In this document: piece by piece, positions 32,061 to 47,296 of the stretch
How the letters are laid out: each line of letters opens with the position of its first letter
How positions within the stretch are numbered: the first letter of the stretch is position 1
Source of the DNA: Tubiluchus corallicola
Lineage: Eukaryota > Animalia > Priapulida
Direction of reading: 5' to 3'
Length of the DNA: 64,000 bases
NCBI GenBank assembly: GCA_030141605.1
Contig: JAQGDQ010000013.1
Location: 944,447 to 1,008,446, forward strand
The notes under the pieces: model-generated
What the model saw: the letters and a program-made list of their open reading frames with translations, nothing else
Databases searched by the model: none
Told to the model about the DNA's origin: nothing
Made by a program: the position numbers and the translations under genes

Positions 32061-35000
32061 TCATTCTAGATCTTCCATTTTTAGAAAACCCTTTAATCTG
32101 TTTGGAAGAGGCAATTGTTCAATGTTAGTAAAGAGGTCACCACTAGTAGAGAAGCCTCTACGTAAAGAGATTCTACATGAATTCATCAGTGACAAAGGAT
32201 TATGTTTCTGTTCTCTTAACCAGAATAACCAGTTCATTTGTGACGATAGTATATCTTTCGCTACAATAGTGAACAGCCATTCCTCATTTTGTAAGTTGTA
32301 ACCAGCTAACACAAGGTATTTTAGAATCTCATAATGTCCGTTGTACCATGAACAGTGTAAATAGTTTCTGGATGTATGGCGTATGCCATTCACGTCCGTT
32401 CCACGCCGGACTAACTCTTTAGCAATTCTAAGTTTACTCTGCATGATAGCTATGTACAGTGGAGTCTTGCCAGCTTCAAATGTTTCTGCATTTAAATCAC
32501 AGCCAGCCTAGAAATAGTTGTATTTACAAAACTTTTAGTGCTGTGACCTAAAAGTTAAAAGTTTGTAAATAATGAGCTGTAAAAATTTTACTATATTAGC
32601 ACAGTATGTTTTGCAGTTTAAAGCCTGTTATACTGATATCATTCCTTTTATTTTTACTGTTTTTATGTTCTACTAAGTTATGTAACAATGCCTGGTTCTT
32701 CAATACAAAAAATTGCTTTTAGTTCCTTCAGGGCCATAAGTATTTGCCACATTTTGCATGGGTTCATGAAAAACTGCTTTCACTAAGCAGCAATTATGTT
32801 ATATTTGATCATTTTTGTAGGCTTCTACTCCTCACACAATGGATTTTCACACTTATATGAAAGTATAAGCTTATATGAAATGCATTTGCTTACCTTAGAC
32901 AAATTAAAAATCGATTTTTGACGAAAAAATTGTCAGTAACTGCAGTGTTCACACTGTAACAATGTACAGTATCAATGGTGTGAAAACAACTAATGCAGAA
33001 AATTTCAACTATTCAAACACAACACTCTGATACACTTTGGCCTCAAGTCTAGTCTTATCTTTAAGGAGAATTCCTTTTAAAAGATGAAACAACCTTAATC
33101 TCTTTTGGCTTTTCCTGGAAGTCTATACAGCAGTCAGTTCTCTTGAACTGTAGCAAGCAGGGTATCAATGAAATAGTGCATACGATCATGCAAGTGTACA
33201 CCAGACTAAGCTACTCTATAGGCTAAGTAGGAGTTTCTGAAACGGGCATATTTTTCTTAATTTTATCCAATTAAATCAATTGGATTCTCCGAGACTCCCC
33301 TAAATAGAATAATAGCTGATTTGTAATCATTTAGTTATGTCTGTGCTCACACAGTAGCAGAAACGTCATACGTCTTATAAGACCTATTTCGAGTGGCGTG
33401 GTCCTGAAGGAGCTAAACAAAAACTTTCTATGTAAATAAATAATAAAGAACAATTAGGAATACCTGTAACAGTAAATTGAGTATTATCTGAAAGACAGAA
33501 AAGTCCATTTCTATACGAACAGCTTGGTGAAGGGGAGTTGCACCAGACGCTGCACTTTTTGTGTTCACGTCACAGCCTGAAAGCAACAGTTAAGCACAAT
33601 AATTCCAGAGAGTAACGAGACTTTGTATATACAGTAGGAGATTTTTTGATTAATAACATTTGAGCAAAGTCACATGCCTTGCTCCAGTAGAGGTAATTTA
33701 TTTCTTAGAGCTAACCTGAGGAACTTAAACACAAGAAGCTGTCATTTGAACAGACATATTGTTTATTTGGAGCAAAAGATCGCACTAAGAAAAATAAGAT
33801 GTAAATAATGGAGTGTTTATTACACCACAAAAAAAAACAATTGAAGAACCACAAAATGAAAATTTAATATCAGGATCTTTCGAAACAATGAAAATGGTTG
33901 CGTAGTCAACGGTTGCTTGTGTGAAGTTAAGCAACGCTATGTCTGGTTATTGAATTGATTGTTTCTTGATCACCAGCAAAACAAGCTGTTTCTGGTCACA
34001 TTGTTTTGCCATATAGCCCCAGCTGTTTCTTTGAATACGCATCTGAATGTGACCAAGGCAGCTGTCTGTTCAATATCTAGGAGTATCCTTGAAAGTGAAC
34101 CAGACTTCAGCCCAACCACAAAGTAGGTAAGTTAAGTAGACCCTGCTCTCGAGTTGGGTCAACTGTGTTCCACTTAAAGTTTCACAATTGCACAAATGAA
34201 CTAATGAAAAAAGGGAGAAAATGATAAGAGTAGGACAATGGGCAACTCTACAGGAAAAGTTAAAAATTTGTCAGGAATTTGCAACATTTTTAGATGTTAA
34301 TAGCATAGAGACACATCAAAAAGCGTGCTGTCGTTATTCACTTACAAACTGCTCAAGTAGCAAAACCCAAATGCAAGAAGCTTGAAGGAATTTTGAAGAA
34401 AAAAACATTACCATTTGTAAAGCCACACACCAACCGGTATAAAAAATTTGGGTTCAAATGCATTTTTTTAATTAAAAACACACATAGTTTGAATGAGTAG
34501 TTAAAGTCTACTAACGTTCAATGTTTCAAGTTTAAAAGCTATGTTAGTAGTTTATTAGTAGTTTAGTAGTACAAATACACAAAAATATTTTAATGTATAA
34601 CATGATTTTTAAAAATAATTAAGCGCCAATAACAATGGCACCCATTAGTTAATTGTAAAAATAACACGAAACACAGCAAACGGAAGGTCACAAAGGAAAA
34701 GAGGTAAGGACACCTGTGAGGACATTTTGTCCTCCTGCTGCATGAATAGACCCGAGTTCGGCTAACTCTCTAACATTACCAATTGATTTGTTCATTCAAA
34801 TAGCTTTAAGTCCCTTGATCAAGTCAAGCCCAGCTGTCAGGGTAAGATGGCGCTAGTGGCTAGTTGCTACAGATGAGCATAACATCGTTCTTTTGATTCG
34901 GTGATGATGATGTCAAAATCAAAGCCAATTCAAAAGCATCTTCAGGACAGCGAATCTCATTTCATGCATTGCTTTTTAATAAGCCTTTTCACAGTTCCAG

Positions 35001-38000
35001 CGATTGATGACGATCGTGAAACGGTCAAAGGTTGAGTGTACCAGACAATGCACTTGTGTATACTTGACAACACTTAGCAGTCTATGCTGCTGTAATAGTA
35101 AAAGCTTTAATAAGTAGCTAGAACCTTACCTATTTCATTTTTCCTGTTGCTAAGCAAAATCCTATTAGTAAATCACTACATGCAAACTAATGCATAATTA
35201 AGTAAAGTCCATGTAAAACAAGTGAAGTTACTGAGCAGTTGTGGCTTTGCTTTACCCACGTGTCACGTGACGCATGTAGTTAAGATGTGTTGCTGTGGTA
35301 CACTTAACCTTTGACCTACAGCAACTGCATGTGTGCACAATGAAACTGTGAAAAAGCTTGTTGTCATTTTCCTTTCCCTTGTTCAAAAAATGACAATCGT
35401 AAAGTCTCAGCAACGCCACTGCCTGCTAATCCAAAATCACAAGATGCTAGTGAATTAGCTACTGCAACACTTTCTAATGTATTCAAATCACTTTGTAAAT
35501 TCCCTTAAAAAAATTCAATTAGCACAAGATGATACTAGGACACTTACCAAATGCAATTAGATATTCAATGATAGGTACAACAGAATGCTTTACAGCGGCA
35601 TGCATGGGAGTTTCCCCGATGTTATCAACTTGATTCACATTACAACCTACACAAGCAAATAGTTAGTATCTTCGCTAGTTTATGCGAAAAAAATCTACAA
35701 GATAGAAGATAGAAAAACATGGTAGTATGACACAAACATCACATACACTGCATCAAACATTTACTATTCCTAATGAGTGGGCTAGTAAATCTTTCACGAG
35801 TTATTGAAATGCAATGTATATGAAATGATAGTGCAAGCAATTACAATAAACTCTACAATCATAAAATTAATTATAGTAATAAATTTATGCTGATTTTTAT
35901 AAGATCACTTTATACTAGTGTTTCCAGGGAAAACAAATGGCGGCTCATGTATAGGTACTGTGGAACTGCAACACCCCCTATTTTCGCTCGGTATTATCGA
36001 TAATATTCAATATAATAAGTCTGTTTTCTTTAGTTTTTTTCTTTATACTTTTACGGAATGAGAACACGTGAGGGTAGTACTGTTTGCTTCATAGCCCAAG
36101 GCAGAAATGTGTGTTGTGCACATGTCTGAGATAACGTGCTGCACACTGCACTGCTAGCACCTGCTCCTAGGTAGAGCAAGTACTGTCACTCACACAGTTT
36201 GTTGTCAGTTGTCACGTGCTTAAAAACTGTCTACCAGCATATTCCTGAACTGCGGCAATTTAGGTTATTCGTAAACAAAAAATCATTTGGATGTGGATTT
36301 TATCAAGTTTATGTATAAATTTTCGTATATTTGTTTGTTTAAAATTCCAAATACAAATTACAACATTAAAATTACATATGTTTGTTTTGTTTTACACAGT
36401 ATTAGAACAATGGCTAAAATGTTTTAAAGCAGCACCCCCCCCCCCCCCCACAAATTTTAATTATGAACTGCCACTGGGGAAAAATAAATAATTTCAGCCC
36501 AAAGAAATGTCAGTTATAACTTAAAACAGGACAGTAATAAAAGTATGCTGCTTTCATAACACCTGCAATTACACCTGTGTTTAGTACCACATTGACCAGG
36601 ATGTTAAGTAACGACTACCACCTTTGTGCAAACAACCAAAAGGGATGGACAAAAAAAAACAAAGCCACGAAAAAGATGATTTAATTTTGAATAAAAAGCA
36701 CTTATTTTAATATCAGACTCAAGTGATTCAATCGTTTGGCACAGGTATGTAAAAGCCAGTTTCTAAATGAGACTGGCATCATGACTCGTTCTTCAAGAAC
36801 TTCACTGATTTTAATTTCTGGGTAGAAAAGAATAAAAAAGAGCATAATATTAAAAAATATAGAAAAATATTAAAATACACATTTACAATCAATTGTGATA
36901 ACTTTCATGACAATCCGGTCATTCGCTCATTCACCTATACATATATGATATAAATAATGTAAAAAAAAGAAATCACAGATATGATATATACTATATCTGT
37001 TTTTACAAACTGTCTATACAAGCGAAAAGAATACCTTTTGCTACTAATAATTATTGCAGTTTTAAGTCTTTATATCACTTTATTGCAGTTTATATCACAG
37101 TTTAAAAAACGAGGTAATCTCAGTGACATATCATAACAACCATAGAACAAAACGATGTGAATAGATGCAAAGTTTTAGCCAACAGAAATAACTGATGAAC
37201 AAATTCGCAAGAACATATTTAAAGAAACTGTTCAAAATGAATTTCTGTAAGTAACTTCGCTAGAAATTACAACAAAATGCACAGTACCTAAGTGAGATGG
37301 TGCAGAAGATGAACAAAATGCAATGCGACACGGCGACGGCAACAATAGACCTGATGTTAATGGAACTACGACACTGGCCATTTTGATTTCATACACCTGT
37401 TAACACTAGTTCACAATGAAATACTGCAAGCACCACACAAAGAGAAAACCCATTTCCTTCCCTTCAGTGACGTAGGATTGATATACAACATGCAAACACA
37501 CAAAGTGCGGGCGTCATTAGAAAGCACGATTTATTTGTATTGGTCACGGTTGTACAAATACGCTTATTTTGCAATAATTCCTCTTCATATATAAACACTA
37601 GTACATAATGTATACATTTCAATGATGCGTTATCTTGCTCAAAGATTTCGACAATATTTACACGGGTAGATTAAATGCGTGGCTCGCATGTGAATGCCAT
37701 AGAATGTACTCATCATATTTTCAAGAAAGTCAGTTGGAACTGAATGTTTAGAAGATTAGTTTAAAACTATTGATGGGTGCAATAAAGAGAATAATATTAA
37801 TTACAAGATATAGAAATGAACTGCTAGCTAACTACACTGCTTACATGTGAATACAGTAGAACAGGGGTGATCAGTTTGAAAGGTACTCATAAAATGACTA
37901 AGCCAAAATGATCTACTTACTATAAAAATGCAAAACTTATATTTATTTGTGAATACAGTGAGTATTCTTTATATATACAATAGAAGTTGGTGTACGTTGC

Positions 38001-41000
38001 ATAACTGCAAGAACACTCATAGCACAATACAATTTGATTTCTTACTTGGTCGAGCTCTCTACTCGTTTTTATACCCTTTCTTAAGTTTAGTAAAATTAAA
38101 TTACAGGTTAACTTGCTAGCTTGCTTGAATTTTGCAGCAACTGCTTGGCGCACCAAGAAGACGATTGGGCCGATCACCCAGCCCGATAATACAAGCCTCA
38201 AGACTGGCTGGCTTGTCTTTCTGCCAACCAATCAGATTGCTTCTCGCATTTCTTGTACATTTGAGCATTTCAATGGCGGCTAGCATGACAGTTTGGTGTC
38301 TTCTACGATTTTATATCACTTTTTTTGTGCATCATGAAATTTCATCACGTTCGTCACTGACATTAATTAAAATTTCCTTGGTGAGTCTGATTTCTCCCAG
38401 CCTAGCAGTGAATCTGACACTGAAACTAGTGAAAACAACCAGTAAAGTAAATAAACTAGTTACTTTATTTTTATTTTTTTTTCAAAAATAAGTGCATGAG
38501 ATGTACCTAATATCTTTGTGATTGATCGGCAGATCGCGATTGATGTTATGGGCACCCCTGCTGTAGAATTTACTCGTCATATTTTTCTGAAAGTCACTTG
38601 CATGTTTAAAAAATTAATTTAAAATCATTCATGAAGGCAATAAGAATAACAATTATTGTAAGATAAAGAAATAAACTGCTGGCCAGCAAAACTGGTGTAA
38701 ATATTTCCAATTTTTTGTTGCCGTTGCCATGACGATGTTGCCAAATCCCCAGAGAAGGTTTAATTCACAGCATCTCTAAAAGCAGCAAAACTTTTCGCAA
38801 AGTGAAAGCCAGACTAATGTTGCAAAGCAAAATACCTGCTTCAATCAGAAGTTTTACAAGTTCTAAGTTCTTGTGAAAAATGGCATACTGCAGGAGGGTG
38901 TTGTGACGGATAACAGCGCCAGCTTCCAGCAGCATGCGAACAATTTCCACGTCATCGATGTACACGGCTTCATATAGTGGTGTATAACCTAAACAAGATT
39001 CTCAGCTGAATCGGTCTTGAGTACCACTGCTTTTAATTCTTCATCAAAAATTATCACCTTTATAATTTTTATAATTCAAAATGCTCGTTAACAAACACAG
39101 GAGACAATTGTGAAAATACATAATGAAAATCCATTACAAAAAGAGCACAAAGGTTTACCAGCAAGTAAAAAAAAACAATGTATGTCATGGCTATAAACTA
39201 AACTAAGTGCCACCTATTGGTAAACTACCCCAAAGGAGTTAAGCAGTTAAACTTCAAATAACCAAGTACCGAACTCAACTGGATTTTACGACACTTCAGG
39301 CAATTACAATAGAAAAAAGAGCAGCAATAATTATTCACACATAAATATTTTTCTGATCCATTTAATTTCTTGTTCCTCTTTGTGAAAATGCATTTCCCGA
39401 TTCAACTTAAGAAGTCCCAAACCATTGACAAAAAAACTACTTGCGCCTCTTCAACTACAAGTTAAATAACGGCATACTTAACATAAAAACCGTTTTTACT
39501 AGGTTTATATAAAATAATAAATATTAATTATTTCAGACAAGCATATAAAAAGAATGAAAATACCTGCATGCACAAAAGCTTCACAGCTAAAACCTAACTG
39601 CCATAACTAAGATCTTGAAAGACGACTCATGTTTTTGCAGGTTTACATACCTCTAACATGTTCCCAATTGACTTCAGCGCCATGCTGTAACAATATTGCA
39701 ACAATGTCACGGTGACCTCTATTGACAGCAATATGCAGTGGAGTTCGGTCGTTTGTGTCCATGGCGTTTGCCTGCAAATATGTCAAACTTAATATACCAT
39801 CTCCAAGCACCCAAACTATTTTTTAACAGAACAAGAAACACTCTTCATAAAATAATCTTAAAAAAAATTGTCTTGTAATTTTATATCACTCACATGCTAT
39901 CTTATTGCACACAGAGCATGCATTAGCAGTAATGTTGTATAAAATTTGTAAATATAACTGCCTGCACTGACCACTAGGCGTAACCATTTTAAAGGTAAAT
40001 CATTAGAAACAAGTTCAGATAACATTGAGTAAAGTTTGAAAAAATAATCAAAGTGTTTGCAGCACATTTTTTGCTAAATAAGTATAAGTTTAATTTACAT
40101 TATATTGTTAATAAGATCAATAATATGTTCTTTGGTGAATCAGAGGTGTATGCTGGGATGGGGATGCAGTGATGTTTCACCGGGTGACACAAATGTTTTA
40201 ACTCATTAAGAATTTCCTTTTCCTAAAGTAACATAACTTTGCATGGAAAGTTTATGGGATATACTTAAAAATTCCCTTACCTTCCCCTTTAACTCTAAGG
40301 TACCTAAACCTGATTATCAAATATTAATAATAAGAGATCATTTACCAGTCTTTTCATACTCAACCCTATCAAGCAGCTGATGTGAAGCATCCTCTCTTAC
40401 AAAAGTAATTATGAAATAGTCACAAAAGGAGGGTCTAAGAACTTTGTTGTCATCTCTATTATGGGAGACTCCAGGTGCTCCATTCATGGTTTGAGAAAAA
40501 CAGATAAAGCACAAGTACAGGTAAAACTAGTAATAGAGATATGACTATGACCGCTCTATTTTACATCATTACATAAATAAAACTTTTACCAAACCTCAAG
40601 CACATACAAGAATCTAGATGAAGACGATGAATATGATACGGGACGGATGGGTGAGGGAACAGCAAGCCGGCATTTAAGCAGGTCCGCACAAAGTTCTATA
40701 GTCTTATTCTTGGCGATATTTAAGCACTTTCATTCCAAATATTCACGGACACATGCAACAGCCAGACACGACAGTAGTGCACTAAAGAAGCCTCTTGCAC
40801 ATAACAGTGTATGCCAATTCAATAAAAACTGAAATGCATGTGCTACCAGAGACTGATAAGTCCACATACATGTGCACTCTTGTAGTGAACATCACCTAAA
40901 ATGGCTACAAAAGATCATTACAGCAGGACATTGCTACAGTAGGACTTTATCATGAATTCACAGAGATTAAGAGATTAACTTTAGGCAGTGAACAGACAGC

Positions 41001-44000
41001 AACACAAGGCAAACTCAAAACGTAACTTCACGTTCATGTCACGTGGTCAACTGACCCAGCCAACGCCTTGCCTACCTTGTTTTTCGCCAGATGAACTCGC
41101 CTGCCGCCATCTACCAGGTGAAGAAATACGGAAAGATGGGAAACATAAAATGATAGATGAAACGTGAATATGATTAACTACACGACGGGACGTCACAAAC
41201 TATATGCAACTACTGTAAGAATAGAATAGGGTTGCAATACCTTTGCTCCGTATTCCAATAGCTTTGTGACAATACCTGTGTATCCTCTTCCAGCAGCGCA
41301 GTGCAGAGGAGACAACCGCTCACTAAAACAACAATGACATCACTCAACAATGTAAACAAAAATAATATTATCATAAATAAAATGCTCATAAAATGTTAAT
41401 ACCTTTGAATAACAAGAACTACAATTGGCTAAATGATCTCATTACCTGTATGCATATCTTGTAGCACTAGTCGTACATTGTGAGTTAGCTCCAGACTTCA
41501 GTAACTCCTCAATAACGTCTTCATGACCTTGACAAGCGGCAGTGTGTAAGGCGGTAGCGCCATCTGTATCACCTTTATTAACCGAACATCCTATAACAGC
41601 CGAATTCACTCACTAGTCGTAGCATGTAGCAGTTTACATGAAACACGAAACATCTCTTAAACGCTAAATCAAACCTAAGTTTTTAAAATACAATAGGAGC
41701 CACTTAATAGACTCACTTTGGGATGCAGGTATTTTGACTCAATTAACTAACTGATTCAATTAGCTGACGGGTGTAACATATTACTACTATAGAAGTATGA
41801 GTCATCAATAGTCACCTTAGTATGCATTACAAAGGCTTTAAGCGAACTTAAGAAACTAATTAATGTCAAAATTCCTTCGTGCAATTATATAAGAATACTA
41901 ATTTATATAAACCAATTAATAAAAAACAAAATGAAAACATCGTTCATATGTGATTATTACCGCTAATGTATTATTTTAAGTATATGAAGGAAAATTTTGA
42001 GTCAATTATGCAGACTTATTTGAGCAATTACTCGCAGTTTGCGTTACATACATTTGATCAGGAGCAGCGCCTACCAGGTGTTTTTGAGTCAATTAAGGGG
42101 CTGATTCTATTAACCGTGACTCTAATAAATGGTGCCTATTGTACCTCTTGGTGTGGACGTGATTTATTCATATTTGATGTTTGTTTTCAAGTCTCATTGG
42201 ACTGCAGTGGATCATAAACAATCACACTATCTATATATTACTTAACTAAATAGCAGTCTTATCCCTCTCAACACCCCCCTCCCCACTCCTTGATTTGGGA
42301 CAGACAATTGAGGATAAGGAAATCAAAAATTAAAAAAAGAATAATTTGCTTAATTAAAGCAGGCTGCCTTTAAGCATTTGATGAATTGCCTGCAAAGCAT
42401 AGAGTGATATGTGATCTCGTGGCAAAAGTTATCATGTCTAAAATTGTTTATGCTCACATTGTTTCCATGGTTACCAAACACTATTTTGCAGACGATTATA
42501 TACGAACTTGTCACACTTAATACTAAAGCTAAAAATAATCATGAAATGGTCATTGAGCATTCATCATAAAATTCTTATCATGTTTTACACTAAATAAGAC
42601 AAAAGTCTCTCCTTTCCAAGAATTTTTGATTCTCAATGGAAAGTAAAAACACCTGTTAACAGATTGTACAGACGTCTACACTGTACATCAACAGAGTATT
42701 TCTTTTTAACTGCAGTTTATTCCTCAATAGTAAAACTGTAAAGGATAATGAATGGCTGTAAAAACAAAGCAGATTTTACTGAAACATGCGACTGCAAATA
42801 GTGTAAATTTCACTGTTGTGACTGATTAACTTGCTGGCTATTAGGAAATTTCACTTTTTACACAATATTCATGAATTTTGTTACAACGAGTTTTGCAAGT
42901 AAAAACAGCCAACGGATCTATTAAAAGGGGTTCTTAAGCTTTGTAATGATCCCATTATTTGTGTCAAGATAATTTTTGGGTTTTGTGCATTTTCGGTAAA
43001 TTTATCAAGTACTTTTTATGCTGTTCTGTTCAGTAAATGAAGCGTTTTTCATGGAGTACCAGCGGGTTTTTCTCAAGTGGTTAAATTATTTGCGTATTTA
43101 AACAAAAACAGCAACATCTTCAAATAGCTAATGAAATATCCAACCAGAACATGTTATTTATGCAAATGCAGGACATAAACTTTTTGTGTGCTAAGGATGT
43201 TTGTAAAAAAATTATGTAGAATTTCACGCAGCAGCACTACACAGCTTAACTGAAACAATAGGTGTTTGTGACATACAGCCGCTATGTCCATTGTCCTGCT
43301 GTAGCTTCTAACATCATCATGCCAGAATGGACATTGCTTAAGTTGGCAATGTTATACTGACTAAGCAATTTTCTGTCTGCCATCTAGGGGCGAGTTAAGA
43401 AAATAATGCAAGTGTGTAATTGCACTATTTGCAGTAAAATGCAGTAAACTGAATACCAGCTTTGATGAGTAATTTCACAGCGTCCAGCTGACCATTTTCT
43501 GCTGCGTACATCAACGCAGTTCGTTCGTAAAAGTCCAAGCAGTCAATATCGCATTTTGATACAGGGTGAAATTCTTCTCCGTGGATTAACATGTTCACGA
43601 TCTCTGTGTGGCCACGCTGAGCAGCCTTTCCTGGAATTCATGATCACCAATGAGCGATACTGGTCAAATTTGTCATTATTTTAATTGTTAAAAGATCATG
43701 CAAAGAAGGCGACAAATGATCAAATTTGTTATTATTTGTAAATGTAAGGAAACAAGATCAAGCAGTTAGGCATGTCAAGGGAGATTTCACCCAGCAAGCC
43801 TGACAAACTTAGGTTACTGGTTGCTGCAGTACTGACATACATGTACTCATGTTACAAAATCAAGCAATTCATAAAAAGGCAACTTATCAACAAGTAAACT
43901 GGCACTGACTTGATCCATGCATTAATATTTATGGTTTCTGCCCTTGTGAAGGCCCAGGCGACTTGTAACCACCTGACAGACTCATCTCAAGTCAATCTTT

Positions 44001-46083
44001 CACTTGCATATTACAAGCCACAGAGAAGCAGTAAAAGCTTAAATTACTGGAAAGTGGATAGTCTTGTGGTAGGACTGGTACATATCTCTCCACTGTCAAT
44101 GATGATCTTCTAAAGTCAGGTAATGAACCAGCAACATTCAAGTGTATATTCTATTTAATGAGGTAAATAGAAACAGTATGGCAGATGAAATAAGCCGAAA
44201 TTGGCACTCTTCCAGGTGACCACCCATCTATTTACTAATCAAGTGGAGGCCTGCTTATCAATTGAAACCAAACACATGCCATGATGGCTCAATGTGCTCT
44301 TGCACCACGAAACATAATGTAATGTAAATTTAAATCATGTCATCTCATATTGAATAATACGCAATTAGAAACATACCAAGGGGGCGGGGGCGACAGGGGG
44401 CAATCGTTCCCGTGCGCAACTGTAAAAGGGGAAAACCTTTTTTCTGGAGTTCAATAACTGTGAATTATTAATTACTAATCCGACATTAACAAAACAATTA
44501 GGAATAGGTTTAAAATTACAACAAAATTGCCTAGTCAGAGATCATTGTAACTGACTTAATTACTACACATAGCCTAGAAAAAAGCTAATGTTGTTACGTA
44601 ATGGCATGTGTGGCTTAGCCTATTGATAATTTTCGGAGAAACTTTGGCATTTCTCTAAATGCCGATTGTATTATTGTGAAAGCCTGTAGTGTTCTGCATT
44701 TTTCATATAATTTTTGCATGCCTTAATGCTGAAAGTTTAATGACTGTCAATGTTACATGTAAATTTCTTAGACCAGCACATAGAAAAGAGTTATTCTGGT
44801 GCAGAACAGCAAATCAAACTCCGGGTGATTCTTAAAAAACACTTGTTTATCTTTATACCATCATGTCGAAAAAGGAAAGTAGGGTTCAGCAACGTAAAAA
44901 ACGAGCATAATTTGTGACTTCACCCAAGAAACAAATGATCAAAATGTTAAAAGGGTATAGCACCAGAAATTTGTCTGCCCCAGAGTTCCACAAGCACTTG
45001 CTACACCACTGTATGCATTGGAACATAATCACGTGTAATGTTATTCAAAGTAATATTATTCACAATAAAACGTAATGCAGTAAAATATCACAAAAATACC
45101 ACATGTGACATCATTTATGAAATCACATACCTAGAGGTGTGCATCCATGTACCAAACCATTAACTGGAATTCCAGTTTTTAGTAACTGCTGTACATTGTC
45201 AATGTCTTGCCTCTCTATTGCAGCAAACAGCTGCAACAGGAATACATTAGAGGTACTACCGAAACTCTTCTCCAGGGCTGCATGTAGTTTCTGCTCTAAG
45301 TCACCTCTTGTCACCCGTATCTGACCGTTCCATTGTTCTAATTCACAAGAACAACATGATAAATTCTATCACACAAATGGATAAATGGAAAGTTTCATGA
45401 CCATAACATAATTACTCTATGTATGCGAATGATCATAAAATACAAAACTTACTTTTAGTTACATAGTAAGTTAAATTTAAATATAAGAAACAGAATTTTA
45501 CCTACACTGTCAGTATCAATTTAAAAACACACTGCACAGTAACTATTTACAGAGAACAAACTAACTTGAAGTATCTTAATAGCTGTAAGTAACATTGGTT
45601 TTTAACTATAAATTAGTTACCAATTGCGAGAATGTTCAACAAAAATTACTTTTTTAAATTTATTGGGAAAATTTACTTACGTACTTTACTTCATCATCAA
45701 GAACGGATTAACAGTAAACTAAAAGTTATGTAAAAAATTAAGCTACGCAGGTCTACACAACAATGTAAACTTTAGGTATATTTGTGTATCATACATACAT
45801 CATTCATACAGAAAAGTTGTTTACTATAACACTAAAGCCGGGAATTAAGCTCTAAACAGCCAAGGAAATTCAGCTAAAGCAGCAAAAATAAACAAGTGTT
45901 GTACTAAATATAATAATCTAATATTAATAACTATCCTGTATTGTCAGCTGATCATTTGTTCTGCATTTTGTGTAAGATAACAATGTTGTTTTTCATGCAC
46001 TCACCACATCTATCTGATTTTATTTCTATGGATACCTTTTGTCTGACTATACTATGCATTCTCTTTGATATGCATTGTGACAT
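32061..46083 (-). CDS. Ankyrin repeat and SOCS box protein (ASB family; putative Elongin BC-Cullin5 E3 substrate receptor), 10 coding exons, ~539 aa
   Basis: Exons, total 1620 nt with consistent phases: 46083-46005, 45337-45131, 43630-43457, 41590-41446, 41322-41241, 39771-39651, 38988-38836, 35646-35548, 33576-33464, 32507-32061. About 10-11 ankyrin repeats (RTALMYAAENG, ATALHTAACQGH, SPLHCAAGRG, RTPLHIAVNRGH, ETPMHAAV, ATPLHQAV, KTPLYIA). C-terminal SOCS box PLSLMNSCRISLR...LPLPNRLKGFL. The first exon (MSQCISKR...) is less certain. Confidence 0.88.
32719..33416 (+). mobile_element. piggyBac-like (TTAA-type) MITE, family C
   Basis: TIRs TTAGTTCCTTCAGGGCCAT / GTGGTCCTGAAGGAGCTAA. Colinear copy at ~16905-17611. 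A short element with similar ends lies at 12242-12364 (TTAACCCTTTCAGGGCTG...GTCCTGAAGGAGTTCA). Confidence 0.7.
35934..36476 (-). mobile_element. CAGTGG-terminated TIR element, family G copy (inverted)
   Basis: Reverse-complement similarity to 21387-21830 (GCACATGTCTGAGATAA..GCTGCACACT; GCAGCACCCCC..TTTTAA..GCCACTG). Confidence 0.6.
37862..38560. mobile_element. hAT-type non-autonomous element
   Basis: Termini CAGGGGTG ... CACCCCTG; flanks CAGTAGAA / CTGTAGAA (7/8 TSD match). Confidence 0.7.
39902..40292 (+). mobile_element. Interspersed repeat family H, copy 2
   Basis: Colinear with 27743-28128; ends CTTCCCCTTTAA (Kolobok-like terminus). Confidence 0.6.
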
Positions 46084-46183
46084 TTAGAAAAATTCAAAAT
46101 GACGAACTCTACTCATTCGAGTAACTCACAAAATAAGTGTAGAATTCATGACCAAAAACACTGTCAAAGTAAACATTCCTTGC

Positions 46184-46789
46184 TTAAAGGAAAACTGGAC
46201 CCAATCCTAAATTGTAGGTCAAAACAATCTGCTCTTTAAAATATTAAAAGGGAACATACAACTTTTTAAAGAATGACTTACGTGAAAGAATTATTACCAC
46301 ACAAATGCATTTTTGCATTCGTGCCACTAGTTCTTTGCTGTTACATGCATTTTGTCATTTATTAATTAGATGAGCACTAGCGCCTGCATTTTGGAAATGC
46401 GCTGCACAAAAAAAGCAGATGCTGTACCTCTCAGTTCAGATGAGTTAGTTTGTGACATAATACACACATTTGAGATATTCACACGTGAGCACATCAGTAA
46501 ATTTAAAATTTAAAATTTTACATTAGTTTGTATATCACACTGAATGTTGTACAGCAGCACTGTACTTCAATTTTCACTTTTGCAAACACATGCAACATAC
46601 CCATGGAATGTTTGTGCTGTTAATTATGTTCGTTTGTGAAGTCATCACTAGCTGAGAGCCTTTAATTAAGTTTTTAACCTATCATTTAATTACCAAAAAT
46701 GCTTTGGCATTATTATGTGTTAACATTTATACATTTTACCATACTTCAAAGTGGGGTGGGATATGAACAATCAGTCTGTTTTGCTTTAA
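46184..46789 (-). mobile_element. Kolobok/T2-like MITE, family A copy 4 (inverted)
   Basis: TTAA|AGGAAAACTGG ... TCTGTTTTGCT|TTAA; reverse complement of the family A body. Confidence 0.8.
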
Positions 46790-47296
46790 TTACAACTTAT
46801 TCTAGCGTCGGATCAATTTGCCCAAAATTCTGTTCTGCTCGAATTTACTTAGAACTGGTGTATAACAAGTTACCTTCTTGTATGCAGATGAAATGCTACC
46901 AAACTGCTTTTCTCAACGCTTACTTACACTTAATGTCCCACAAAATCCATAGTACAAATCTCACACGGTCCAAACGACATCTTAAAAGAGACCGTTGAAA
47001 TCTGGACTCCATTAAATAACATTGAAGAAAAGGTTCATTAGGCAGGATGTGAAAGACAGTATGCTAAAACAGCAAACTTAAATGCTAGCTAGTTGAAATG
47101 ACCCATATGTGTACCTGAAGCTGCTGCATTCAGAAAATAAATAACTCCACATCAGAAATGTCTTCACAACAATTGTAAAATCTGATACTCTCACAAATGA
47201 CAGCAAGTTGAAATCCTACATTCAGCAACAAAACTGATTCAAGATAAGTGATTGTAGAGGAACCAGAACTTAATAAACTTATCTCTTTATCTAGGA

